Assembly (NCBI GenBank): GCA_964583985.1
Contig: CAZOYD010000017.1
Location: 1 to 59,218 of the forward strand
Reading direction: 5' to 3'
Length of the DNA stretch: 59,218 nucleotides
Origin: an uncultured archaeon
Lineage (GTDB): Archaea > Asgardarchaeota > Lokiarchaeia > Sigyniarchaeales > SOKP01
Shown here: one piece after another, positions 21,909 to 31,707 of the stretch
How positions within the stretch are numbered: the first letter of the stretch is position 1
How the letters are laid out: every line of letters starts with the position of its first letter
Program-made: the position numbers and the translations under genes
Notes under the pieces: model-generated
The model's database searches: none
Told to the model about the DNA's origin: nothing
What the model saw: only the letters and a program-made list of their open reading frames with translations

Positions 21909-23381
21909 CTATTTTACATCAAAGCAGAGAACTCCTGGATTCAACACGTTTTTTGGATCAAAAATACTTTTTACTTTTCGTAATGCAATAGAAGTTTGTT
22001 GATCATGTCTTGAATATACTTCTTTTGCCCAAACACCATACGGTCGATTAAAAAACGCCCCGCTATCCATTAAATCGATACTAATTTCATTAAAATTTGC
22101 TTCAAGTTCCTTCGTTGCACCCTCATTCTTACTATCATAAAAAAAAACAAATTCACAATGGTAAGATGTGCCTTGATTAATTGGTTGAATATAAACCCCT
22201 AAATCTTCTTTATACTTCGATTTCACTTTCTTAATATAATTTGGGATACTTTCAAAATTACTGATAAAGAAAATATCTTGATAATTCCCCTTATATCTTG
22301 CTCGCCATGGTTCGGAAGTGCAATTATTTATACAATATAGGATATCATTTCGATCTAGTTTATCAGTGCTTTCAAGATGATCAAACTTAGCTTCTATCAT
22401 GAGATCACCTATATCGCCTTCGAGATAATTTAACTTATCAAGGGTTAAATTTCCTCTACCAGCTAAAATGTAAATTAAATTCCATTTCAAAAGTGATTTG
22501 TTCAAATCTTCTATTTCATCTTTTTGTTTTTTAACTAAGCAGGCCAAATTTAGATTATTTAAAATGAAAGTCTCATCACATAATCTATATTTCACGAGTT
22601 TTTGTTGAAAATCTAATAGTTCTTCGATGTTATCAGAATGATAATGGAAGACTTTTTGTTCTGAAGGTATTAATTCTAATTTCAAAGTAGCCCATGTTAC
22701 GACTCCTAAACTACCTTGAGCTCCTTGTATCACTCTATAAGGACTAAATTGAGTTGGTCCCATGGGATTCACTTGAGCTTGACCAGCTTTCTTTTGTTGA
22801 GAAATTGTTCCAGGTCCTGCTGCTGTTCCAGTTCTAAATAAATCACCTGTTCCAAATACCACTTCCGTGCATAATAAAGGATCAGACGTGTCCCAATGAT
22901 AACGTGGTATCATTATTGGTTCACGTTCAAGAACACTCGTGAGTGCTGATTTTGACCCGGTAGGATGCAAGGGGAGTGCTAACCTAACACCATGTTGTCT
23001 TAGTTTAGGAATGAGTTTTTCAAAGGTAACTCCCGGCTCGATCATGACCACTCGGTTCTTTCTATCAATAGATAGAATTTTATCAATGTTGGTCAAGTCC
23101 ATTATGATACAATTATCTTTTCGGGGCACTGTATCTCCATGGTATCTAAACTTTGAACTTGAACTTACTGGAATTATGGAAAATTCCATTTGGTTAGCAA
23201 GTTTTAGAATTTTGATGATTTCTTGAGTTTTTGATGGCCAAATTATTAATTTAGGACTGATCCCTTTGAGAAAACTCATATCGCTTGAATAGTGGCTTAA
23301 ATTTTGAGGATCATTTGATATATTTTTAGTTCCACAGATTTTTGCTAAAACGTGAGATAATTTGTCTTCAAAATATTTCAT
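21909..23381 (-). CDS. FAD-binding oxidoreductase (second, divergent GlcD/GlcE-like subunit)
   Basis: IIWPSKTQEI, IEPGVTF, EVVFGTGDLFRTG, GAQGSLGVVT, KSIFDPKNVLNPG. Confidence 0.85.
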   Translation of the reverse strand: MKYFEDKLSHVLAKICGTKNISNDPQNLSHYSSDMSFLKGISPKLIIWPSKTQEIIKILKLANQMEFSIIPVSSSSKFRYHGDTVPRKDNCIIMDLTNIDKILSIDRKNRVVMIEPGVTFEKLIPKLRQHGVRLALPLHPTGSKSALTSVLEREPIMIPRYHWDTSDPLLCTEVVFGTGDLFRTGTAAGPGTISQQKKAGQAQVNPMGPTQFSPYRVIQGAQGSLGVVTWATLKLELIPSEQKVFHYHSDNIEELLDFQQKLVKYRLCDETFILNNLNLACLVKKQKDEIEDLNKSLLKWNLIYILAGRGNLTLDKLNYLEGDIGDLMIEAKFDHLESTDKLDRNDILYCINNCTSEPWRARYKGNYQDIFFISNFESIPNYIKKVKSKYKEDLGVYIQPINQGTSYHCEFVFFYDSKNEGATKELEANFNEISIDLMDSGAFFNRPYGVWAKEVYSRHDQQTSIALRKVKSIFDPKNVLNPGVLCFDVK

Positions 23382-23532
23382 AAAATATCCCTATTTTAAT
23401 ATAAGATAACTACATTTTTTACTCAATAAAGATATTTTGTTAAATTTTATTATAAAGATATTCCATTTAAAAGAGAGATTTTTAAATCCTAACGCTTTTT
23501 AAATATAATAAATAATATAAAATGATGTTATT

Positions 23533-24426
23533 ATGAATATATTGCGTACGGATGATAAAAGATTTAAGGATCTCATTGATTTTCCTTATGAACCCCACTA
23601 TCAAGACGTTGAGGGTATAAGAATCCATTACATTGAAGAAGGACACAACGATTCAGAAGTAATATTATTAATGCACGGGGAACCCTCTTGGTCATTTCTA
23701 TATAGATACATGATACCAATATTAACGGATGCAGGATTTCGAGTAATCGCTCCAGATTTAGTTGGATTTGGGCGATCTGATAAACCAACCAATCAAACTG
23801 ATCATACATATCGAAAACACGTTGATTGGATGACAAAGTGGTTATTATTGCTAAATCTTAGGAACATAACTCTCTTTTGTCAAGATTGGGGATCTCTAAT
23901 TGGATTAAGAGTGGCCATAGAAAACAAAGATCGATTTAAAAGAATAGTATTATCGAATGGAGGATTACCTACGGGTCATCAGAAAATGAGCGAAGCATTT
24001 ACCAATTGGAGAAACTTTTCAAGAACTACTCCTGATTTTAGCATTCCGTTCATTATTCAAGGAGGTACAACTACTAAATTATCGAAAATAATTTTGAAAG
24101 GTTATGACGCTCCTTTTCCAGATGATACGTATAAAGCAGGAGCTCGAATCTTCCCCTCATTAGTTCCTATAAGTCCTGATGATCCAGAAAGTAAAGCAAA
24201 TACGGAGGCATTTGAACTGTTTAAAAAATGGGATAAGCCCTTTTTAACCGCTTTTTCAGATTCAGATCCCATAACTAAAGGAGGAGATAAAATATGGCAA
24301 GCACTAGTTCCAGGGGCTCAAAATCAAACTCACGTAATTATTAAAGGTGCTGGGCATTTCATTCAAGAAGATAAAGGTCCAGAAGTAGCAAAAACAATAA
24401 TGGATTTTATAAAAAAGAACCCCTAA
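23533..24426 (+). CDS. Haloalkane dehalogenase (alpha/beta hydrolase)
   Basis: HGEPSWSFLYR, APDLVGFGRSDKP, CQDWGSLIG (Asp nucleophile), YDAPFPD, GHFIQED. Confidence 0.92.
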   Translation: MNILRTDDKRFKDLIDFPYEPHYQDVEGIRIHYIEEGHNDSEVILLMHGEPSWSFLYRYMIPILTDAGFRVIAPDLVGFGRSDKPTNQTDHTYRKHVDWMTKWLLLLNLRNITLFCQDWGSLIGLRVAIENKDRFKRIVLSNGGLPTGHQKMSEAFTNWRNFSRTTPDFSIPFIIQGGTTTKLSKIILKGYDAPFPDDTYKAGARIFPSLVPISPDDPESKANTEAFELFKKWDKPFLTAFSDSDPITKGGDKIWQALVPGAQNQTHVIIKGAGHFIQEDKGPEVAKTIMDFIKKNP

Positions 24427-24506
24427 TCCTTTTTTTACAATAAGAAAAGGAAAATATTTGAAATAGGAGAAATTTACTATTTCATCAAATCATATTAAAA
24501 TGTCTG

Positions 24507-25766
24507 ATGAATATAAGTAATACTGGGAATATTAACTATCATGCATGGCCACTATTCATGATTTCATTCATCAGATTATTTTATATCTCGATATTTGAAA
24601 GGGCTTTACAGAATTATCTTTATTTTGCCATAAATATAAATACTGGCACATTAGGAATTATTTCATCAGCTGGATCCATAGCTTATATAATTGCTCCTCT
24701 TTTAGGTCAACAAATTACGAAAAAAGTGGGGATCCGTAATGCTCTCATCATTTCATCGATAGCAACTCCTTTATTAACGGGAGCTCAATTGGTTTTTTTT
24801 GAATCATGGTATTTAATAACTTGTAAAGTGATTTTGGGTTTAGTTACAGGGTTGGTTTGGCCAAATTGTTTCAACCTGCTTAATAGATGGCAAGTAATTA
24901 GCATGCCTAAGCGTTCAAAAAAAAATCTTAATTATTTTAATCTATCATGGAATTTAGGGTTTATCGGGGGGCTACTTACTGGATATTTATGGGCATTTCT
25001 ATGGGATGATTATATTGCGATGAAAATATCTTTCAGCATTTCATTTCTTCTAATCCCCTTTACTTTCCTTCTAAAAGAACCTAAAATAGGAGAAAAATCA
25101 GGGATGCTTTTCGATCAAGTAATAGAGAAGCTTCCTCCAGTAATGGTAGACCAAGATTCGAGAGTTAAAACAATGATGATGGCTTTTCCAATTACATTTT
25201 CGTGGATTGGATTAGTAATGTTATCTATTGCAAAATCTACCATAATATTCAATTACCCAATATTCATCAAAACTTTTGATACAAAATTATCCGATTTAAC
25301 CTACATTGTCCAAGCAGGAATCCAGTTAGGACAAGTATCGGGATTGATTTGGATTAATTCAATGAAACCATCTAAGAGAAAATTATCCTTACTCCTAAGT
25401 ATTTCAATAATTACACTGATTGCTTTTTCAATTCTTATTATTAGAGATATATTATTTATTACCATAATTAGTTTAGCTGCTGGGTTATTTTTTGGATTAA
25501 TACACGGGGTGGCTATGAAAATAATGCTTGATTATGGAACAGCGAAGAATACCACGAAATATTCGATGTTTAACGAGATTATAACGGGTATTGGATTTGG
25601 TTTAACTCCAATTTTTGCCGGGTATCTTGCTGAAATAAACATTTATTTGATATTTATATTTGTGGTGCTTTTTGGAGTAGTTATTTTGGCTTATCTCATG
25701 GCCCTATCAAGAAAAATCAAATGGGAGCAATTTAAACAAAATATATATAAGAATATAGGAGAATAA
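24507..25766 (+). CDS. MFS transporter
   Basis: About 12 hydrophobic helices; NLSWNLGFIGG and GIGFGLTPIFAGYL patterns. Confidence 0.75.
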   Translation: MNISNTGNINYHAWPLFMISFIRLFYISIFERALQNYLYFAININTGTLGIISSAGSIAYIIAPLLGQQITKKVGIRNALIISSIATPLLTGAQLVFFESWYLITCKVILGLVTGLVWPNCFNLLNRWQVISMPKRSKKNLNYFNLSWNLGFIGGLLTGYLWAFLWDDYIAMKISFSISFLLIPFTFLLKEPKIGEKSGMLFDQVIEKLPPVMVDQDSRVKTMMMAFPITFSWIGLVMLSIAKSTIIFNYPIFIKTFDTKLSDLTYIVQAGIQLGQVSGLIWINSMKPSKRKLSLLLSISIITLIAFSILIIRDILFITIISLAAGLFFGLIHGVAMKIMLDYGTAKNTTKYSMFNEIITGIGFGLTPIFAGYLAEINIYLIFIFVVLFGVVILAYLMALSRKIKWEQFKQNIYKNIGE

Positions 25767-25769
25767 ATA

Positions 25770-26294
25770 ATGGTTAATTATAAAGCCGTTATATTTTCGT
25801 TAATCCTTCCCGTAGGTGTCATTATTGTTATTCCTCTCTTAATTTACTTATTAACGGGGAGTAGTAATCACTATATTGCATTAAGTTCTAATATGTATTA
25901 TCTGATTCTGGGATTCTTTTTAGTCATAATCGGTTTATATTTATTGGTCATATGCATTTCAATTTTCTATAAAAAGGGTAAAGGAACCCTCATGCCATTA
26001 TCAAAAATGCATACTCAACATTTAGTGATTATTGGACCCTATAAGTACGTCAGAAATCCCATGATAATAGGCGTAATTCTAACCGTGTTTGGTGAAGCTT
26101 TCATTTTCGAATCCATAAGTACTTTTATTTGCGCTATCATTTTCTTCATTCTAAATCTCATTTATATTCCCTTAATCGAAGAAAAAGGGGTTCTGAAAAG
26201 ATTTGGTAAGGAATTTATCCAATATAAAAGAGAAGTAAATGGGTGGATTCCTAAATTCAAAGCTTATGATCCTTCAAAAACAAAAAAAATATGA
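25770..26294 (+). CDS. ICMT/PEMT-family membrane methyltransferase
   Basis: LVIIGPYKYVRNPM and EEKGVLKRFGKEFIQYKREVNGWIP. Confidence 0.87.
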   Translation: MVNYKAVIFSLILPVGVIIVIPLLIYLLTGSSNHYIALSSNMYYLILGFFLVIIGLYLLVICISIFYKKGKGTLMPLSKMHTQHLVIIGPYKYVRNPMIIGVILTVFGEAFIFESISTFICAIIFFILNLIYIPLIEEKGVLKRFGKEFIQYKREVNGWIPKFKAYDPSKTKKI

Positions 26295-26354
26295 TCATAA
26301 AATTCATATTTCTACCAAATATATTCATAATAGAAAAATTACGAGATAAATAAC

Positions 26355-27575
26355 ATGAAATATAGAAAAATGGGTTCTCTTGGATGGGAGGTATCAGCCC
26401 TCGGATTTGGTGCTATGAGATTACCAATAAATCAAGATACCAAGGAAGTAAATGAGAAAGAAGCAATTGAAATGATTCGCTATGCAATTGATAATGGAGT
26501 TAATTATGTAGACACGGCTTATCCTTACCATGATGGGAAAAGTGAGGTCATAGTAGGAATGGCATTAAAAGATGGATATCGCGAAAAAGTCACTCTCACA
26601 ACAAAACTTCCAGTATGGTTCGTTACAGACGCTAATGACGTTGATAAATTTTTAAGCGAACAAATTGATAGATTGGGAACCACTCCAGATATTTATTTAT
26701 TTCACGGATTAAATGAACCCCGCCTTGAAAAAATAAAACAATTAGGCTTGATAACGAAAATGGAAGATGCAAGAGCCAATGGGTTGTTTAAATACATAGG
26801 ATTTTCTTTTCATGATAGTATAGACGTGTTTAAAGAAATCATTGATTATCATAATTGGGATTGCTGCCAGATTCAGTTAAATTATACTGATGTGAATTAT
26901 CAAGCTGGATTGAAAGGACTGGAATATGCTGGGAAAAAAGGAATCGCTGTAATAATAATGGAACCCCTAAAAGGAGGAAAATTGACCGTTCCCGATAAAA
27001 AATTAGTTGATGTTCCTGAAATCAAAAAAGCATTAGACAATAGTGAAATCAAAAGATCAATGGCCGATTGGGGTTTACAATTCCTTTGGAATAGACCTGA
27101 AGTTTCGGTTGTGTTAAGTGGCATGAGTAATTTACAACAAGTCAAAGAAAATATTCAATCCGCGAATAATTCAGGAATTAACACATTATCAGACAAAGAA
27201 ATGAATGTAATTAGAAATTTACAGCAAGCATTTGAAAAATACAATCTCATTCCTTGTACAAGTTGTGGATATTGCATGCCTTGTCCTAATGGAGTCTCAA
27301 TTAAGAATATCCTCTATGTCATGAATGAAATTGGATATTGGGGAGAACAAGGAAAACAACGCATAGGTTTCTTCTACAACAGAATGGCAAAAACTCAAGA
27401 AACCTTGGAGGAATTGAAGTCTAAGGGGGCAGAAGCGGAAGGTTCAGCCCTTTTGTGCATTGAATGTGGAGAGTGTTTAGATAAATGTCCCCAACAAATA
27501 GACATTCCAAAATTTATGAAACAAGCAGTTGCCATATTCGATGAGGATAAGAAAGTATCCGAAGTTTTAGATTAA
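26355..27575 (+). CDS. Aldo/keto reductase with C-terminal Fe-S domain
   Basis: SALGFGAMRLP, DTAYPYH, IGFSFH, MEPLKGG, CTSCGYCMPCP, CIECGECLDKCPQ. Confidence 0.92.
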   Translation: MKYRKMGSLGWEVSALGFGAMRLPINQDTKEVNEKEAIEMIRYAIDNGVNYVDTAYPYHDGKSEVIVGMALKDGYREKVTLTTKLPVWFVTDANDVDKFLSEQIDRLGTTPDIYLFHGLNEPRLEKIKQLGLITKMEDARANGLFKYIGFSFHDSIDVFKEIIDYHNWDCCQIQLNYTDVNYQAGLKGLEYAGKKGIAVIIMEPLKGGKLTVPDKKLVDVPEIKKALDNSEIKRSMADWGLQFLWNRPEVSVVLSGMSNLQQVKENIQSANNSGINTLSDKEMNVIRNLQQAFEKYNLIPCTSCGYCMPCPNGVSIKNILYVMNEIGYWGEQGKQRIGFFYNRMAKTQETLEELKSKGAEAEGSALLCIECGECLDKCPQQIDIPKFMKQAVAIFDEDKKVSEVLD

Positions 27576-27666
27576 TCTTTTTTTTTATTATATAACATGT
27601 TCGGGTCAAGGTTTAAAATCAACTTGAAATTTAATTTAAACAAAAACCAATTTTGTTAAGAAAATC

Positions 27667-27984
27667 ATGAAAAAAACAGAAATTTCAAATTTAGATGAAA
27701 TGCTCGACTTCCAAGAAGGTTCAGTTGTTAGTAGAGCGCTAATAAATAAAGAAAGGGGCAATGTTACGTTATTTTCTTTTGATAAAGATGAAGGGTTAAG
27801 CGAACATTCTGCACCTTTCGATGCGCTAGTTTACATTTTTGATGGAAAAGCGAAAATTACCATTTCAAAAATAGACTATTTTCTTGAAAAGGGACAAATG
27901 ATTTTAATGCCTGCAAATGAACCGCATGGACTTAAAGCGATTGAGAAATTTAAAATGATGCTTATAATGATTAAATCTGATTAA
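27667..27984 (+). CDS. Cupin domain protein
   Basis: FSFDKDEGLSEHSAPFDA ... MPANEPHGLKA. Confidence 0.9.
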   Translation: MKKTEISNLDEMLDFQEGSVVSRALINKERGNVTLFSFDKDEGLSEHSAPFDALVYIFDGKAKITISKIDYFLEKGQMILMPANEPHGLKAIEKFKMMLIMIKSD

Positions 27985-28084
27985 ATTCTTTGGCAATTAT
28001 TCTCTCTTTTTTTAATTATTTAGGTTCTTTATCAAAATTGAAAAATACCCTAGTAAATAAAAAAAAAGGAAATTTAAAAATTTT

Positions 28085-29350
28085 TTAATAAACGGAATCT
28101 ATTCTGAAATAGATCGTATAACGGCAATCTCCCATATCATATCGATATCCAGACCAATACCATCCATTATTGATATAACCATGCCATGTAGAAGGACTCC
28201 ACCACCATTGGAAGGTAGGATAATCATCATCACCTGAAGTAGAATCATATTCAGAAGCTTGTACTCTAACTTTGCAATATGAGTCGTATGAAAATAGAGC
28301 ATAGTGATAATTATTCCAATCTAGTGCTTCGTGACTGCCCGCTGACTCCCAATTATCATTAGCATCATCAATCTTATCAAGATGATTATCATTTAAATCA
28401 CCGCCAGCAGCACAACTTGGAAAATAAGCTTCTCCAATCCAAAGCTTCAAGTACATCTCACCATCTCCCATAAGCCATCCTTCATGTTCATCGTCATAAT
28501 ACACTTCATCTATAAAAACAGTAAGTTTATAGAGGTCATTAGACGCATCAACAGCATAAGCACCTCCGGGGACACCATTACCATTTGGATCTGAATTCAT
28601 TTCCAAAGCGATTACTTGAGCATATTGTGACCAGTAGAGGTCTTCAGGGGATACTCCAATATTAAAAGGTGAAAAATCTCCATCGAGATCTATCCCTATT
28701 ACTGATTTATATGCTGCCCAAGCCAATTCTGAGCAATAATATCCATCGGGGGCGATCTCAGGATCGGCTGTATCAATATCAACTTGTTTTCCAAGCCAGT
28801 TCCAATCATATCCTTCATCATAACCAATCTTTGAAACCGCAAAATTTACAATTGCTGCTCTTTCAGATGAGGATAATAATGCACCACCCGGTTTTAATAC
28901 TCTCATTGCGACAACATTTCCTGCATGATCGTTGACTACGTTAGTGAATCTGGAAGTTCTTAGACCAGACCCATGATCATCCATCGTTGAATGAACAACC
29001 CATGTTTCTCCTGAAGGAACCCAAGTGCCTTCTTCAGTTGCCCATATTTGATGATATCCCGCTACTCCACCAACAATAACCGTGTGAGACCACTTACCAG
29101 GAATGAGATAATCAAAAAAAGTATCATCAGTACCTAATAGTATGATATCGCCTGGTAGAAGGTTTATAGGGCTCATATCATTTGTACCTGAGCTTGCAAA
29201 AGAAGAATTTAACTCCGAACCGGAGACTTTAATCTCGCTACTAGGTGCAATTACATTATTAGGATAAATCACTGATACTGACGCAAAAACCATGGTGAGA
29301 ATGTAGATACATAAAATAGAAATTTCTTTTTTAGACGTATTTTTCTCCAT
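28085..29350 (-). CDS. Secreted or membrane-anchored permuted papain-like (YiiX/YebB-like NlpC/P60) protein with acidic C-terminal beta domain
   Basis: N-terminal hydrophobic helix; LLPGDIIL, WSHT (His), YDW, YYCSELAWAAY (Cys), VSPEDL. Confidence 0.8.
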   Translation of the reverse strand: MEKNTSKKEISILCIYILTMVFASVSVIYPNNVIAPSSEIKVSGSELNSSFASSGTNDMSPINLLPGDIILLGTDDTFFDYLIPGKWSHTVIVGGVAGYHQIWATEEGTWVPSGETWVVHSTMDDHGSGLRTSRFTNVVNDHAGNVVAMRVLKPGGALLSSSERAAIVNFAVSKIGYDEGYDWNWLGKQVDIDTADPEIAPDGYYCSELAWAAYKSVIGIDLDGDFSPFNIGVSPEDLYWSQYAQVIALEMNSDPNGNGVPGGAYAVDASNDLYKLTVFIDEVYYDDEHEGWLMGDGEMYLKLWIGEAYFPSCAAGGDLNDNHLDKIDDANDNWESAGSHEALDWNNYHYALFSYDSYCKVRVQASEYDSTSGDDDYPTFQWWWSPSTWHGYINNGWYWSGYRYDMGDCRYTIYFRIDSVY

Positions 29351-29516
29351 TAAATATCACATTTTTTTAAAAAATTGGATTATTTAATGAAGGAGATGAC
29401 CTCATATTTAAAGATTGATCTTAGAGTGCTAATATTAATTGTATGAGATTTTATTAAAGTGGTTAGTTATAATTAGCTCGGAATTTATCACCTCTAGAAC
29501 ATATGATTATATACTC

Positions 29517-29589
29517 CGCATTAAAATAGGTGTATTTTAATTATGCCGAATAAAATATGATATATTTCAAAATTATCGAATTATTTACG
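29517..29589. promoter_or_regulatory. Three CGAA-N5-TTCG-like sites at 30-bp periodicity (putative Lrp-type operator array)
   Basis: CGCATTAAAATAG (29517), CGAATAAAATATG (29547), CGAATTATTTACG (29577); a further reverse site TGATTTTTATTCG at 29667-29679. Confidence 0.45.
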
Positions 29590-29684
29590 ATGAATTTAAA
29601 TAAAATAAATCTATATATTATAGCGTATATCAACTAAAATAGTTGAAATTTAGTTTTACTAAAAAATGATTTTTATTCGGTAAG

Positions 29685-29912
29685 GTGAAAAGATTGGTCA
29701 AGTGTCCAAAATGTGGTATGGAATATAGTTTAGGGACGAGAATTTACCATTTCTGTGAAGAACATTCAATCTGTCATGGTGTAATTTTTGGTGATGATCG
29801 GATTTGTAGATCTTGGAATTGTAATCCGATTGAAGATTTTAATCGACCTAATATTAAATTAACCCTAGATACCACTTATCATGATAAAAATATAGTTTTA
29901 GCTATTAAATAA
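29685..29912 (+). CDS. Small Cys/His-rich (zinc-finger-like) protein
   Basis: CPKC...HFC...CHG...CRSWNC; GTG start; T-rich tract downstream. Confidence 0.55.
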   Translation: MKRLVKCPKCGMEYSLGTRIYHFCEEHSICHGVIFGDDRICRSWNCNPIEDFNRPNIKLTLDTTYHDKNIVLAIK

Positions 29913-29953
29913 TATAATCTCTCTCTTTTTTGAGTCCTTTCTCTTACACAAAC

Positions 29954-30379
29954 TTAAATATTTGAAAGTCTCACTGTTTTAAAAAAGAAATCTGTAATAG
30001 ATTTCATAGTTTCATAAAATTGCTTGATTTCCAATGGTTTGTTTATATAACAGTTAGCGTGAAGATCATATGCTTTTTTTAAATCTTCCTCGTTAGCGGA
30101 TATTGTTAATATTACGATAGGAATTCTTCTGTACTCTTCGTGTTCTTTAATTTCTTTTAACACTTCCAAACCCGTCATTTTTGGCAAATTGAGATCCAAA
30201 AAGATAAGATCAGGACGATTTTTTTTTTCTAAAAAGTGTAATGTGTCTACTCCATTGTGGACTACATACACTTCAGTAAAAACATCATTTTTATTTAAAG
30301 CTTCTTTAGTAAGATTGATATCTGCGGAATTATCTTCCACAAGCAAAATTTTAAACTTCTTCTTAATATTCTCGGTCAT
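29954..30379 (-). CDS. Stand-alone response regulator receiver (Rcp1-like)
   Basis: LLVEDN, FLDLNLPKMTG (phospho-Asp), LTIS, ANCYINKP. Confidence 0.93.
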   Translation of the reverse strand: MTENIKKKFKILLVEDNSADINLTKEALNKNDVFTEVYVVHNGVDTLHFLEKKNRPDLIFLDLNLPKMTGLEVLKEIKEHEEYRRIPIVILTISANEEDLKKAYDLHANCYINKPLEIKQFYETMKSITDFFFKTVRLSNI

Positions 30380-30384
30380 AATAA

Positions 30385-31458
30385 TTAATTTCCCCTCTGA
30401 TGATTTTTAACCCTTTTAATCATAATTGTAAAAAAGAAAGTAGAACCTTTTCCAAGTTCAGATTCAACCCATATCTCTCCACCATATCTTTGAATAATTT
30501 TTTTGCATATAGGTAAACCAATCCCTGTTCCAGGATATTCTTCTTTGGTATGCAACCGATAAAAAATATGATAAAGACGATCATGATATTTGGGATCTAT
30601 TCCTATACCATTGTCTTTAATTGAAAACACCCATTTATTGTTTAAACGATTAACCCCTATATGAATCACAGGAGGTTCATTTCTACGAAATTTAATTGCA
30701 TTACTCAAAAAATTTTGAAATAATTGTAAGAATTGGATTCGATCAACCTTCAACGTAGGTAAGGGATCATAAGTAATAATAGCATCACTTTCTTTAATTG
30801 CTTCTTGTAAATTGAATATGGCATCTTTTAAAATTGGTTCAAGATTATGCCATTCTAAAGGTTTTGCATGAGTAATAATTCGAGAATAACTCAGTAGATC
30901 TTTTATTAGGATATTCATTCTTTTTGCCCCATCAGTTATAAAATAAATAAATTCCTTACCATCTTGGTCTAGTTTGTTATGATACTTTTCTTCCAAGAGT
31001 TGAGAAAAACTAACGATTGCTCTTAGAGGTTCTTGTAAATCGTGAGAAGTTACATATGCAAATTGCTGAAGATCCTCATTTGAACGCTTCAGATCTGTAA
31101 TAATTTCATTTAACTCTATTTCTTTTTTTAAAATCTTTTCAGATAGAACTGTTACAATGACTCCAACGATTATTATCGAAATCTTAATCGAAAGACCATT
31201 AATAGCATTTTCTCCTAAGAACGATACTCCTTGACTAATCTGGACAACTAACAAGAAACCAATTAGAATTATAGGCACGAATAAACCTTTTCTTTTCCAC
31301 CACAAACAAGATATAATTGTTGGAATATAGAGAAAATTTACGATAAAAAAATGATTCTTAAGAAATACCTCAAAATAGATAATCAGTATACATGAAATAA
31401 TGAATAATATTAAAATAGAAAGAAAGATTACACGTTCTTTTCGATTAGATAATGTCAT
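30385..31458 (-). CDS. Membrane-bound sensor histidine kinase (Cph1-like HisKA/HATPase)
   Basis: About 4 N-terminal TM helices; H-box SHDLQEPLR, N-box NFLSNAIKF, DNGIGI, GTGIGLPIC, ESELGKGSTF. Confidence 0.94.
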   Translation of the reverse strand: MTLSNRKERVIFLSILILFIISCILIIYFEVFLKNHFFIVNFLYIPTIISCLWWKRKGLFVPIILIGFLLVVQISQGVSFLGENAINGLSIKISIIIVGVIVTVLSEKILKKEIELNEIITDLKRSNEDLQQFAYVTSHDLQEPLRAIVSFSQLLEEKYHNKLDQDGKEFIYFITDGAKRMNILIKDLLSYSRIITHAKPLEWHNLEPILKDAIFNLQEAIKESDAIITYDPLPTLKVDRIQFLQLFQNFLSNAIKFRRNEPPVIHIGVNRLNNKWVFSIKDNGIGIDPKYHDRLYHIFYRLHTKEEYPGTGIGLPICKKIIQRYGGEIWVESELGKGSTFFFTIMIKRVKNHQRGN

Positions 31459-31557
31459 GGAGGTTTCTTTGAAGTGTTGTAAATTTAATATTCTTTCTCT
31501 TACATTATGAAAGTGAAATTACATATTTAAATTTCCTAGCAAGAAATTGAAAAAATT

Positions 31558-31601
31558 AAAATTTTATTCGTTTTCTACAATAAGAGTCCGAATTAAAATT
31601 T
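31558..31601. promoter_or_regulatory. Two CGAA-N5-like sites 31 bp apart in the divergent kinase / REC-Lrp promoter region
   Basis: AAAATTTTATTCG (31558-31570) and CGAATTAAAATTT (31589); GAGTCCGAAT (31584) is identical to 34048 upstream of gdhA. Confidence 0.45.
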
Positions 31602-31707
31602 ATGATTATTAGATTTCTTCATTAACCATTAATTTAAAATAATCTTTTAATGAATTAGTTACATATTAAAATGAAAATTATTCAATTTGTAAGAGTTGAG
31701 AACATAG

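Noticed and set aside
29351-29684. CRISPR array suggested by the 30-bp periodicity
   Set aside because: Only short degenerate motifs recur; there are no 25-40 bp identical repeats with spacers and no cas genes.
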